From an uncultured delta proteobacterium (GTDB taxonomy: Bacteria; Desulfobacterota; Binatia; Binatales; Binataceae), in contig CAVXXK010000001.1 of assembly GCA_963765675.1 (NCBI GenBank), forward strand, positions 800,001-864,000: a stretch of DNA of 64,000 bases, in the 5' to 3' direction. The position numbers and the translations under genes are program-made. Position 1 is the first letter of the stretch, and each line of letters starts with the position of its first letter. Below, in pieces: positions 10,357 through 19,952 of the stretch. The notes under the pieces were generated by a model. The model was given only the letters and a program-made list of their open reading frames with translations, had not been told where the DNA came from and did not search any database.

Positions 10357-11613
10357 ATGGCCGAGCCGCGGCGCGCGTCGTCTTATCGATGGGTGATTGA
10401 AATCCTCCTGTTGCTCGCGCTCGCGAGCCAGACGCTTACCTGGCTCGCTCCCGCGCCGATTCTGAGCGCGATTATATCCGACCTTAAGATTCATCTTGGC
10501 GACGCTGGCCTGATTATCTCCGTCATCGCGCTGTGTATCGCGATCTTCGCTCTGCTGGGTGCGATGGTCGCACAGAAGTTCGGTGCTTTGCGATCGTTCA
10601 TCGGCGGCGTGTGGTTGCTCGCGATCGGAGGAATCTTGAGCGGCTATGCGCCGAGCTTCGGCGCGCTGCTCGCGTGCCGCGTGCTCGAGGGGATCGGTTT
10701 CGGCGTGATGATCGCGCCGCCCGCGACGCTCGTGATGCAGTGGTTCGACGAATCGCAGTGGCCATACATGAACATGCTGAACGCGGTTGCACCGTTCGCC
10801 GGACTTACGATGGCGTTCGCGGTGACCGGTCCGGTGTTCAACGCGCTCGGCGGCAGATGGCGCGCCGCGCTGCTCGCGTATGGCATTGCGGTCGCAGCGA
10901 TCGCGATCGCATGGACAATACTCGGCCGCAACGCTCCCGGGCATGAGCGCGCAGGCGGGCACGTTAGCGAGGCCGGCGCGACGGCGCGAGTGCTCAGGAT
11001 GCCCGAAATCTGGACCATCGCGATCGCGCTGTTCGCAGGCATGTGGGTGTTTCAGTTGTTCAGCGCGTTCCTGCCGGAGTTTTATGAGACCGTGCGCGCG
11101 ATGCCGATGGACCGGGCCGGCAGCCTGACCGCGCTGGTTCCGTTCGCCGGGATGTTCGCCGCGGCGGGAGCTGGAATCCTGACCGGAGTAATCGGCCTTC
11201 GCCGTCCCTTCACATGGCCGATGCAGGTGCTGTTCGTGCTCGGATGCGTCGGCTCGGTGACGCTCACCAGTCCCGGGGCGCTCAGGCTCTCGCTGATTCT
11301 TATCGGAGTCGGATCGGCGGCGTTGCTGCCGACGCTCAGCACGATCGTGATGGAGTTGCCGGGAATGACCCCGACCAGCGCCGGTTCTGGACTCGGAGTC
11401 GTATGGTGTGCGGGCTACGCGGGTGCATTTCTTTCACCAGTCATCTGCGGCGCGCTGGCGGGGAGATTTGGCCTCGAGAACGTGATGGTCGGATCTCTGG
11501 TGTTCGGATTAGTCGCGATCGGCGGATTCTTCCTGGTGCCGGAAACCGGCCGCGGCCGCGCCGGCTCGCGAGTTACCTCAGTCGATCTTCCGACGCCCGG
11601 AACCGTCGTCTGA
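10357..11613 (+). CDS. MFS transporter (CynX/NimT-like)
   Basis: About 12 hydrophobic segments; RVLEGIGFG motif. Confidence 0.88.
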   Translation: MAEPRRASSYRWVIEILLLLALASQTLTWLAPAPILSAIISDLKIHLGDAGLIISVIALCIAIFALLGAMVAQKFGALRSFIGGVWLLAIGGILSGYAPSFGALLACRVLEGIGFGVMIAPPATLVMQWFDESQWPYMNMLNAVAPFAGLTMAFAVTGPVFNALGGRWRAALLAYGIAVAAIAIAWTILGRNAPGHERAGGHVSEAGATARVLRMPEIWTIAIALFAGMWVFQLFSAFLPEFYETVRAMPMDRAGSLTALVPFAGMFAAAGAGILTGVIGLRRPFTWPMQVLFVLGCVGSVTLTSPGALRLSLILIGVGSAALLPTLSTIVMELPGMTPTSAGSGLGVVWCAGYAGAFLSPVICGALAGRFGLENVMVGSLVFGLVAIGGFFLVPETGRGRAGSRVTSVDLPTPGTVV

Positions 11614-12510
11614 CTTCAGCGGCCATAGCCATGCCGCGCCCCGGACACCGCTCGAGTCGCCGTGGACGGGCGGCACAATCGGAGTATCAAACGCGTCCGA
11701 GAATACGTGAATCGGGATCAGCCGCGGCAGAGTTCGGTACAGCCGCTCGATATTGGAGAGGCCGCCGCCCAGGACGATCAGGTCCGGATCGAAGATGTTG
11801 ACGACGTGCGCCAGAGCGCGCGCGAGGCGCTCCTCGAACTTTTCGATAACCACGCGCGCCTGCTCGTCTCCTGCTTCCGCGTCGCGGGCGATCTCTCTCG
11901 CGCTCAGCTCGCGCGCGGTTGCTGTGCGAAACTGCCGGGCGATCGCGGGCCCCGAGAGGAACGTCTCGATGCAACCGCTTTGTCCGCAGTAGCATCGGCG
12001 GCCCGGACTCTCGTCGGGCTCTGGCCACGGCATCGGATTGTGACCCCACTCGCCTGCGATCCGGTTGCGTCCCACGACCACGCGCCGACGAACGATCAAT
12101 CCTCCGCCGACTCCCGTACCAAGGATCACGCCGAACACCGACTCGGCACCCTTTGCCGCGCCGTCGATCGCCTCGGACAGGGCGAAGCAGTTGGCGTCGT
12201 TCTCAATTCGAATCGGCCGCTTCAGGATGCGCGAGATATCGCGGTCCAGCGCCTTGCCGTTTAGCGCCGTGCTGTTTGAATTCCTGATCAATCCCGTCTT
12301 GAGCGAAAGCGACCCGGGTGTCGCTATACCCACGGAGCCGGGCATCTTAATCTCGCGCTCGACCGCGAATACCAACTCGGCAATTGCGCTCAACGTGCCG
12401 TCGTAATCGCCGGCGGGCGTGGCGATCCGGCGCCGGCAGAGAATAGCGCCCCTATCGTCAAGCGCGACGGCTTCGATTTTGGTACCACCCAGATCAACGC
12501 CGATACGCAT
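11578..12510 (-). CDS. mak: ROK family sugar kinase (manno/fructokinase)
   Basis: GVDLGGTK, ENDANCFALSE, GTGVGGG, GEWGH, CYCGQSGCIE, GDSSGVRGAA. Confidence 0.88.
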   Translation of the reverse strand: MRIGVDLGGTKIEAVALDDRGAILCRRRIATPAGDYDGTLSAIAELVFAVEREIKMPGSVGIATPGSLSLKTGLIRNSNSTALNGKALDRDISRILKRPIRIENDANCFALSEAIDGAAKGAESVFGVILGTGVGGGLIVRRRVVVGRNRIAGEWGHNPMPWPEPDESPGRRCYCGQSGCIETFLSGPAIARQFRTATARELSAREIARDAEAGDEQARVVIEKFEERLARALAHVVNIFDPDLIVLGGGLSNIERLYRTLPRLIPIHVFSDAFDTPIVPPVHGDSSGVRGAAWLWPLKSDDGSGRRKID

Positions 12511-12649
12511 ACTTCACACTCAAATGTTTCCAAGCGGAGCACGCAACCATACGCGATCTTGTTCTCAAAACCTCTCGCGAGGCGCAACCGGTTGGTGATT
12601 CGCGGTGCTATAGAGGAGAGGTAATCCAACAGGTCGCTGGGAGCCGGTC

Positions 12650-13873
12650 ATGAGCCAGAAAAAGCCGCCGCGGATCCTCGAGGGATATAAGGTCGTCGAT
12701 TTCACGCAGATAGTCGCGGGACCCACCTGCACCTTGATGCTGGCGGAGATGGGAGCCGAGGTGATCAAGGTCGAGATGGCGCCGGCGGGCGACCCTTCGC
12801 GAGGCGCGCCGTTTCTGCAAAACGGACGCAGCGGCTACTTCGTCCAGCACAATCGCGGCAAGAAAGGCATTTGCGTTGACGTGAAAAGTCTTGCGGGGTA
12901 CGAAATCGTCGCGGAGCTGATTCGCCGCGCCGATGTCCTGGTTGAGAACTTCGCGCCGGGCGCGATCGGACGCCTGGGTTTCGGCTACGAGAGCGCGAAG
13001 CAACTGAATCCGAAAATCGTGATGTGTTCCATTTCCGCATTCGGGCAAAGTGGCCTGCTTGCGCACGAGCCCGGGTTCGATTACCTGGGCGCCGCGTATG
13101 CGGGAATCGTTTCGATGGGCGGAGAGCCGAACGGAGCGCCCTATGTGATCATGTCGGCGATCGGCGACGTCAGCACCGGCGTCCATGCGATGGGCGCGAT
13201 CTGCGCCGCGCTGCTCTATCGCGAAAGACACGGTCTCGGCCAATTCCTCGATATCTCACTGCTCGATAGCTACTTCCATTATCACGAGGCGGCGGTCGAA
13301 ACCTTCAGCCTGAGCAAAGGCGAGATTAGTCCGACCCGCTCGGGGCTGCACTCCTGGTATTCCGTTCCTGCCGGACTCTTCAAGGCGAAAGATCGCTACA
13401 TAATTATCATCGCGCCGCTGCTGCATCAGTTCACTGGGTTGTGCCGCGCGATGGGCCGGCCGGAACTCGCCGAAGATCCACGCTTCAAACCCGAGAACCG
13501 CCTCGCGAATTTGAAAGAGCTGGTCGCGATCGTGGAAGCATGGCTCGCGTCGATGCCGAGCGATGAAGCCTCGATGGCGGCGATGAAGGAGCATCGCGTG
13601 CCGCATGCTCCGGTTCTGTCAGTGGCCGAGGCGGTGAATCATCCGCATCTGCGCCAGCGCGGAACGGTCCGCACGGTTCATGATCGGATTCTCGGCGACT
13701 TCGATGTCCCCGGATTCGCGCTCAGATTCTCGGACTTTCCAGAGAACCTGGAACTCGCGGCGCCGATGCTCGGTGAGCATAACGAAGAAGTGCTGACCAG
13801 GCACCTCGGGTACGCTCCGGCGCGCGTCAGAGATCTGGAACGCGACGGCGTCCTTCGCTCCGGACCTGCATGA
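12650..13873 (+). CDS. Class III CoA transferase (CaiB/BaiF)
   Basis: AGPTCTLMLAEMGAEVIKVE, NRGKK, DVLVENF, IGDVSTG, APMLGEH. Confidence 0.93.
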   Translation: MSQKKPPRILEGYKVVDFTQIVAGPTCTLMLAEMGAEVIKVEMAPAGDPSRGAPFLQNGRSGYFVQHNRGKKGICVDVKSLAGYEIVAELIRRADVLVENFAPGAIGRLGFGYESAKQLNPKIVMCSISAFGQSGLLAHEPGFDYLGAAYAGIVSMGGEPNGAPYVIMSAIGDVSTGVHAMGAICAALLYRERHGLGQFLDISLLDSYFHYHEAAVETFSLSKGEISPTRSGLHSWYSVPAGLFKAKDRYIIIIAPLLHQFTGLCRAMGRPELAEDPRFKPENRLANLKELVAIVEAWLASMPSDEASMAAMKEHRVPHAPVLSVAEAVNHPHLRQRGTVRTVHDRILGDFDVPGFALRFSDFPENLELAAPMLGEHNEEVLTRHLGYAPARVRDLERDGVLRSGPA

Positions 13874-13883
13874 CGCAATCTTT

Positions 13884-14204
13884 ATGACGTTTACGAAGCG
13901 ACTGCGCGCGCCGATCGCACGCGGCGAGATCACATGCAGCATAAGGATTTGGCGCAGTCCGCATGTTCGAGTCGGCGGACATTACCGATTGGACCCTGGC
14001 TTTATCCTGGTGACGTCGGTCAGACAGATCACACTTGCGGAGATCACGCCGGAGCTTGCGAAACGCAGCGGGTTTTCAGGTGTCGTCGACCTTCTGAAGG
14101 TGGCCAAGCACGGACCGGGTGAAAATTTCTATCTGATCGAATTCGAATACCATGTATCGCCAGACCGTGCGGGAGGTTTGCATCTGGATCGTAGTCGAAG
14201 ATAG
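13884..14204 (+). CDS. ASCH/PUA-like small protein
   Basis: FTKRLRAPIARGEITCSIRIW...ITPELAKRSGF pattern. Confidence 0.65.
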   Translation: MTFTKRLRAPIARGEITCSIRIWRSPHVRVGGHYRLDPGFILVTSVRQITLAEITPELAKRSGFSGVVDLLKVAKHGPGENFYLIEFEYHVSPDRAGGLHLDRSRR

Positions 14205-14501
14205 AGCCGCGCTAAACGGCGCGCGCATCCGTCTTCGTCCCATCCTGATGACTTCGTTTGCGTTCATCTTCGATCTGATGCCGCTGTTGTATGCCCTCGG
14301 CGCCGGTGCGGTTCCCGCGGGCCCATCGGCACCATCACGATCATGGGCATGGTGTTTTCGAGCGGGATCGCGATTTTCCTGGTGCCGCCGCTCTTCGTTC
14401 TGGTCGAGCGGTTGTCGCATCGGGTTCGCGGCGACGAGCCCAAGCCTGCTCCCCGAGAGCGAGTGGAGCGGGAGCTAGCCAAAGGTGGGCGCACTGACTA
14501 G
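14203..14501 (+). pseudogene. C-terminal remnant of an RND efflux permease (AcrB-type), frameshifted
   Basis: RLRPILMTSFAFIF.LMPL..ALGAGA, then IGTITIMGMVFSSGIAIFLVPPLFVLVE in another frame; no upstream part. Confidence 0.75.
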
Positions 14502-14532
14502 CAGCACGCCCAACTCTCAGATTCGTGATCCG

Positions 14533-14937
14533 TCAATCAGCATCGCCGCCGTTCTGATTAACGTAGGCCTGAAACTTCTGCATCAAACTTGGGTCATTCT
14601 CCACGATCTGGATGACGTGGTTGTATTGATCAGGCTGCAAACCTGTCGAACGAACGGCGTCGAGTTTCTTTGATGCGTCGTGCTGCGGATTGCCTGCATT
14701 AGGATCGTTCGCAGTCTGCTTTTCATTGCGAACGATCTGCTTCACCTTGACGTAGGCCTTCGCGGCTTTCTGCAACGTCGCGTCGTCAACTGCGCCACCT
14801 GCCGCCGGCGCCGAAGTCGAATAACCGCCGTCACCGGTGGGACCGCTCTGAGCCATTACTGAGGAAATCGGTATCGCCAGGAGCATCGCCAAGGTTCCCG
14901 CGCCGGTCGCCGCCAATATTTTCCTCGATAGAGTCAT
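14533..14937 (-). CDS. Secreted DUF4168-like protein
   Basis: Signal peptide, VDDATLQKAAKAY...GLQPDQYNHVI...DPSL. Confidence 0.7.
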   Translation of the reverse strand: MTLSRKILAATGAGTLAMLLAIPISSVMAQSGPTGDGGYSTSAPAAGGAVDDATLQKAAKAYVKVKQIVRNEKQTANDPNAGNPQHDASKKLDAVRSTGLQPDQYNHVIQIVENDPSLMQKFQAYVNQNGGDAD

Positions 14938-15245
14938 GCTTTTGACCTCACTTCCAGAAATGGATGTGATATCGAACGCAGCAAGTACCTCGCCAAACAT
15001 TTTATGCTGATGATATGAGGATTTTCGTACTATGCTCGCCTTAACCCGCTGGCGGCATCTTGCAGAATTTTCAGACGACATTCATGGTTGCCGAAAATCG
15101 CAGAGCCTCGCGGGGAAAAATCACGGTCACAACTGAAAGGCTCTGCAGGCAGTTTTTGCAAAACGATCGAAGCAATAGACGTTTTTAATTGGCACCTGCG
15201 ATCGAACTAGGGTATGCATCCAACAGCGACGATGTGAGGTTAGCT

Positions 15246-16151
15246 ATGTCCGAAAGCTCCCAGTTGGACGAACAACGCCGATCACTCGACGAAGGTATAC
15301 GCATCGCTCCGAAGGGGCGCGCGAAGCTCGTAACCCTTGCGCCGGACGCGCCTATCGAGGACGCCGTCAAATTGGTCGAAAGCGATGGCGGCGTCATCAT
15401 CCGCGATTTTCTCTCCCGCGATCTTCTGGACCGCTTGCGAGCCGAGCTGCGCCCTTTCGTCGAAGCCGGCACGCCGGGCAGCAAGGAACCCAACCAGCTC
15501 TGGAACGTGTTTCACGGCGCACGAACCAAGCGATTCTGCGGATTGGCCGCGAAGTCGCAGGCGTTCGTCGAATTGCTGATGAACCCCGCGCTGAAAGCGT
15601 ACGCGGATTATTTTCTGCTCCCGCGATGCGGCAGCTATTGGCTGAACACCGGTCAGATGATGGTGATCGGTCCGGGCGAACCGGCGCAGATGCTTCATCG
15701 CGACTCCGCCAACTGGCCGCATTTTCCGTGGCCCGCGCCAGAAGTGACGGTAAGTTGCATGTTCGCGCTCAACAACTTCGATCTCGAAAACGGCGCAACC
15801 CAAGTCGCACCGGGAAGCCATCGATGGAACGAACCCAACCGCGTGCCGGACGCGTCCGAGGTCACGCAGGCGGTGATGTCTGCCGGATCGGTGCTTCTCT
15901 ATAGTGGCAACGTGATTCACGCGGCGGGTGAAAATCGCACTGCTGATCGCTGGCGCTGGGGGATGCACTTGAGCTGGGTGCTCGGATGGCTCCGGCCCGA
16001 GGAATGCCACTACCTCGCGGTTCCGATCGATGTTGCGCGCAAGCTGCCCGAGCGCGCCCAGCAGATGCTCGGGTACCATTCCTATCATCCGTCGGGGTAC
16101 GGCGGCCGTCTGGGCTTGGTAGATTTCGAGGAAGCGCGTCGCCTGCTGTAG
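15246..16151 (+). CDS. Phytanoyl-CoA dioxygenase (PhyH) family protein
   Basis: IGPGEPAQMLHRD, ENGATQVAPGSH, IHAAGEN, GWLRPEE. Confidence 0.92.
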   Translation: MSESSQLDEQRRSLDEGIRIAPKGRAKLVTLAPDAPIEDAVKLVESDGGVIIRDFLSRDLLDRLRAELRPFVEAGTPGSKEPNQLWNVFHGARTKRFCGLAAKSQAFVELLMNPALKAYADYFLLPRCGSYWLNTGQMMVIGPGEPAQMLHRDSANWPHFPWPAPEVTVSCMFALNNFDLENGATQVAPGSHRWNEPNRVPDASEVTQAVMSAGSVLLYSGNVIHAAGENRTADRWRWGMHLSWVLGWLRPEECHYLAVPIDVARKLPERAQQMLGYHSYHPSGYGGRLGLVDFEEARRLL

Positions 16152-16310
16152 CACGCGCCCGGCACCGGCGGACCGACTGTTCGCAACTGCAGAGCACGGC
16201 GCTTCCTCGCGGATGTTGCCGGTCATTCGCAGTCGGCCTCGTGCATGAGTGCTCAATCTTGATGGCTTTGTTTGTAGTTAAATGCATTGATGCACCGGGT
16301 TTGAAGGCCG

Positions 16311-17138
16311 TTGGCTAAAAGCAGTTCAGGGTCGAAGTCCGAGAGGTCGAGTGGCCAGCAGGAGGAAGCGACGACCGCCGACTCTGAGCAGACTGCTCGT
16401 AGCGGCGGCGCCGACAAACTCATCGAAGAGCTGCGGGAGGCGATCAAGGCCCGCGACGATTTCCTCGCTATCGCGACTCACGAACTCCGCAATCCACTGA
16501 CGCCAATCCTGCTCTGCCTGGAGCTCATTCGAGCTGCGGAAAAATCGAACGATCGCGCCAAGCTGCGCCATGAGATCGATCGCCTGGAGCGTCAGATTAA
16601 GCATTTTCTCGCCCGGATCAATGTCTTTCTCGAAGTCGCGCAAATTCGCTCGGGGAAGTCCAATCTCGATCTCTGCAAATTGAACTTGTCGCAGTTGATC
16701 TCGGGGATTGTGAACGACTACATGCCGCTGGTGGTGCGCAGCGGATCGGAGCTGACGATCAAGATCCAGAACGATGTTATGGCGTTCGTCGATCGGATGG
16801 CCGTATCGGAAATCGTAGAGAATTTACTTTCCAATGCGATCAAATATGGCCGGAGCAAACCGATCGAGATCGCTTTGACGGCTACAGCCGAAACCGCTCG
16901 GATAACCGTTCGCGACAACGGCATTGGCATTGACGAAAAAGATAAAGCACGCATATTTGAACGGTTTGAACGAGTGGCGAGCGGTCGGTTTCAATCCGGC
17001 TTTGGGATCGGACTGTGGCTCGCGCGGAATTTTGCAGAGTTGATGGGCGGCTCCATAACTGTATTCGGAAAATCGGGCGTCGGTTCACTTTTTACCGTGA
17101 CCTTGCCGACGGAAGAGGGGAGAATCCATGAGCAGTGA
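16311..17138 (+). CDS. Cytoplasmic histidine kinase lacking a sensor domain
   Basis: ATHELRNPL H-box, NLLSNAIKY, DNGIGI, FERF, GIGL; TTG start. Confidence 0.88.
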   Translation: MAKSSSGSKSERSSGQQEEATTADSEQTARSGGADKLIEELREAIKARDDFLAIATHELRNPLTPILLCLELIRAAEKSNDRAKLRHEIDRLERQIKHFLARINVFLEVAQIRSGKSNLDLCKLNLSQLISGIVNDYMPLVVRSGSELTIKIQNDVMAFVDRMAVSEIVENLLSNAIKYGRSKPIEIALTATAETARITVRDNGIGIDEKDKARIFERFERVASGRFQSGFGIGLWLARNFAELMGGSITVFGKSGVGSLFTVTLPTEEGRIHEQ

Positions 17139-18588
17139 CGTTCGACCGCTTACGCGCGTCCGCTCCGGCGTTAAAGGACTCGACGACATTCTCCGTGACG
17201 GCTTCTTCGGAGGTGGTCTGTATATCGTCGAGGGTCCGCCCGGGGTCGGCAAAACAATCCTGGGGAATCAAATTTGCTTCAATCAAGCAGCCGCCGGAAG
17301 CAGGGTTCTATACGTCACGCTGATCGCCGAAACGGTGGGTCGGATGCTGCTCAACATTAGAGGCCTGAGATTCTTTGACGAGGCCGTGGTCGGCAACGGC
17401 ATCTTCTATGTCAGCGGCTACAATGCGTTGAAGAAAGACGGCCTGTCGGGTTTGCTTCATTTACTGCGCAGAGAGGTCGCCGGCCGCAAAGCCACGACGC
17501 TGATCGTCGACGGCTTTGCTTCAACCTCCGATCACTCGCAATCGCGCGAGGAGTTGAAGCTGTTCGTGCAGCAGTTACAAACCCAGGCCGACGCCTCAGA
17601 CTGCACTGTCTTTTTGCTGACGAACCCAAGCGAGCAGAAGCCCTCGTCCGAAGAAACCATGGTTGACGGAATTATCAATCTCGGCACGACGGTCCACGAA
17701 TGGCGCTCGGCCCGCGAACTGTGCGTCCGAAAATTTCGCGGTAGTGCTTATCTTCAGGGTGTCCACTCGTATGACATCACCGAAGAAGGAATCACCGTCT
17801 ATCCGCGGCTCGAAACGCTGATCAGCTCGGGCACTGAGCTCAACGGGGAAACCAAGCGGGTTTTGTCCGGAAACCCGCGCCTGGATGCGATGCTCGGAGG
17901 CGGATTCCCCGCGCGCTCGTCGACTATGGTCATCGGGCCGTCCGGAACCGGGAAGAGCACTCTGGGTATGCAATTCCTGGCGCAATCAAACGCCGCAGAA
18001 CCGGGCCTGTTGTTCGGGTTTTACGAAAGACCCGAGCGAATCCGCGCCAAGGCAAAGACCATCTGTCCGCCGTTGCTGCAGCAACTCGATGCCGGCCACG
18101 TTCAGATTCTATGGCAACCGCCGACCGACCAGTTTCTCGACGAGCTCGCCGACCGGATGCTGCGCGATATCAAAAAGAGAAAGGTGAAGCGTCTGATGAT
18201 CGACGGTCTCGGCGGCTTCAAAAGAGCGCTCCGTTCGAGACCGATCGAGCCGTTTTTTTCCGCCCTGGTTCATGAATTGCGTGCGCAGGGAGTCACCTCG
18301 ATCTGTACGGCCGAAGTTATGGAGATCGTGGGACCGACTATCACCGTGCCGCTGCAGGGGTTGTCCGACGTGACCGACAATCACATCCTGCTGCGCTTTG
18401 TCGAATCAGGCGCGAGCCTGTACCGGGTGCTTTCGATACTCAAGGTGCGCGACAGCGCATTCGACTCTGATTTGCGGGAACTCCATTTCGCGGCTAGCGG
18501 ATTTGAACTCGCTGAAAACTCCGCGAGCGTCAAATCGATCCTGCCGCGGGTTGTTACGAAACCCCCAACCGAGGTGACTCAAGACTAA
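17128..18588 (+). CDS. KaiC-like tandem RecA-fold ATPase
   Basis: Two Walker A motifs (GPPGVGKT, GPSGTGKS), KFRGS and KVRDS motifs, SGNPRLDAMLGGG. Confidence 0.9.
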   Translation: MSSDVRPLTRVRSGVKGLDDILRDGFFGGGLYIVEGPPGVGKTILGNQICFNQAAAGSRVLYVTLIAETVGRMLLNIRGLRFFDEAVVGNGIFYVSGYNALKKDGLSGLLHLLRREVAGRKATTLIVDGFASTSDHSQSREELKLFVQQLQTQADASDCTVFLLTNPSEQKPSSEETMVDGIINLGTTVHEWRSARELCVRKFRGSAYLQGVHSYDITEEGITVYPRLETLISSGTELNGETKRVLSGNPRLDAMLGGGFPARSSTMVIGPSGTGKSTLGMQFLAQSNAAEPGLLFGFYERPERIRAKAKTICPPLLQQLDAGHVQILWQPPTDQFLDELADRMLRDIKKRKVKRLMIDGLGGFKRALRSRPIEPFFSALVHELRAQGVTSICTAEVMEIVGPTITVPLQGLSDVTDNHILLRFVESGASLYRVLSILKVRDSAFDSDLRELHFAASGFELAENSASVKSILPRVVTKPPTEVTQD

Positions 18589-18605
18589 GAAATGAGTGGC
18601 GGCGG

Positions 18606-19028
18606 ATGGAGAAGAGCCAAAAGACCAGCCCGGCTGGCAAGACCATACTGATCGCTGATGATGAATTCGGTGTCCTCGAGGTCCTCGAATTCATCCTCAG
18701 CGATGCCGGCTACACCGTCGTGTCCGCAGTCAACGGACAGGACGCGCTGGTTCGTCTTGAAGAAACCACGCCGGACTTGGTCATTGTCGATTTCATGATG
18801 CCGATACTCGACGGCAACGGGGTCATCAAGGCGATTCGCTCGGACGACAAGCTGCGTGACATCCCTATAATTCTGGCGAGCGCGCTGCCCGAACAAACGA
18901 TCAGACGGCGCTGCGACGGCTACGATACGTTTTTGCGCAAACCCTACCGGACCGAGCAGCTGATGGAAGAAATCTCAAAATTGATTGCTCAATCCGATGG
19001 GCGTCCACCAAAACCCGGTCCGCGTTAA
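18606..19028 (+). CDS. Single-domain response regulator (receiver)
   Basis: ILIADDE, DFMMPILDG, IPIILAS, FLRKP. Confidence 0.92.
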   Translation: MEKSQKTSPAGKTILIADDEFGVLEVLEFILSDAGYTVVSAVNGQDALVRLEETTPDLVIVDFMMPILDGNGVIKAIRSDDKLRDIPIILASALPEQTIRRRCDGYDTFLRKPYRTEQLMEEISKLIAQSDGRPPKPGPR

Positions 19029-19078
19029 CCCTGAAGTAAAGCGGTGGCCGGCCCGGATCCGCACCGTCTGGAACGAAG

Positions 19079-19113
19079 AAAAGGTGGCGCGAACAATCGT
19101 CGCGCCACCTTTT
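19079..19113. terminator. Bidirectional intrinsic terminator
   Basis: AAAAGGTGGCGCGA-loop-TCGCGCCACCTTTT between convergent genes. Confidence 0.8.
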
Positions 19114-19139
19114 AGGTTGAAGTAGTAAAGTTGGGTTTG

Positions 19140-19703
19140 TTATTGCGAAACGGTGGGAGTGACGGTAGTTGGCGTAATATTGATCGTTCCGCCCTTGTCT
19201 CCTTTGAACTGCTTGCCGCAATCTGCCCATCTGTAATTCCCCAGGATCTGGCCGCCGCCCGCGGTCGTGCTCCTGAACCTGATGTGGCAGCTCCTCTTGT
19301 TGAATTGACCGCTCGCCAATTGGAAGTTCACCCGCTTGGACGTGGACCGGCCTTTGAAATCACCCAGAAACTCGGGCAGTGAAGTGAAAGTCGCAGTCCA
19401 TCCGCCGTTTAGTTTGCGCCTATTCTGGCTAAACGTGATCGTGAAGTTTCCAGCGCCCATAACGTCGTCGGTGATGGTCCCGCTCCATGGGCCACCGACG
19501 CTGATCGGCAGAGCATCTGGGGAATCGGTGTCGGCTCCGTCGCTCGCGTCCATTGCCGATGAATCAGCGGACGTCGAATCCTGAGTGCTGATCTCTTGGG
19601 CGTGGGCAGAAATGACGATTGCGGGCAACGTCATTGTCCCTATCCATAGCACCGCGCCGAATAACGCACTGACCACGGATATTTTCTTTACCGTAGAACT
19701 CAT
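19140..19703 (-). CDS. Hypothetical secreted protein
   Basis: RBS GGAGGAGG, signal peptide (AHA-Q), acidic linker, beta-rich domain with 2 Cys. Confidence 0.7.
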   Translation of the reverse strand: MSSTVKKISVVSALFGAVLWIGTMTLPAIVISAHAQEISTQDSTSADSSAMDASDGADTDSPDALPISVGGPWSGTITDDVMGAGNFTITFSQNRRKLNGGWTATFTSLPEFLGDFKGRSTSKRVNFQLASGQFNKRSCHIRFRSTTAGGGQILGNYRWADCGKQFKGDKGGTINITPTTVTPTVSQ

Positions 19704-19952
19704 CGGAACATCCTCCTCCACCAAATAATGATGACTATCGATGCGGTCAGACCGAGCAAGCCGCGTGCCGGGAATCAGACCTTGCTAACGCGTTAAAAAA
19801 GGTACCTTTTGCGAACTGACGCTGCAATATCAAAGAGAAACCGTGAAGAAATTCCGATCCTCAGGTCCTTCCGGCAGGTGCGAGCAGGAGTGCTTGACTT
19901 TTTATCGGTGACCGGCGTGTGATCCGCTTCGGAACCAGGGAGGACCTCGCCC

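Noticed and set aside
17128-18588. True circadian clock kaiC
   Set aside because: No kaiA or kaiB nearby; phosphosites and catalytic glutamates diverge
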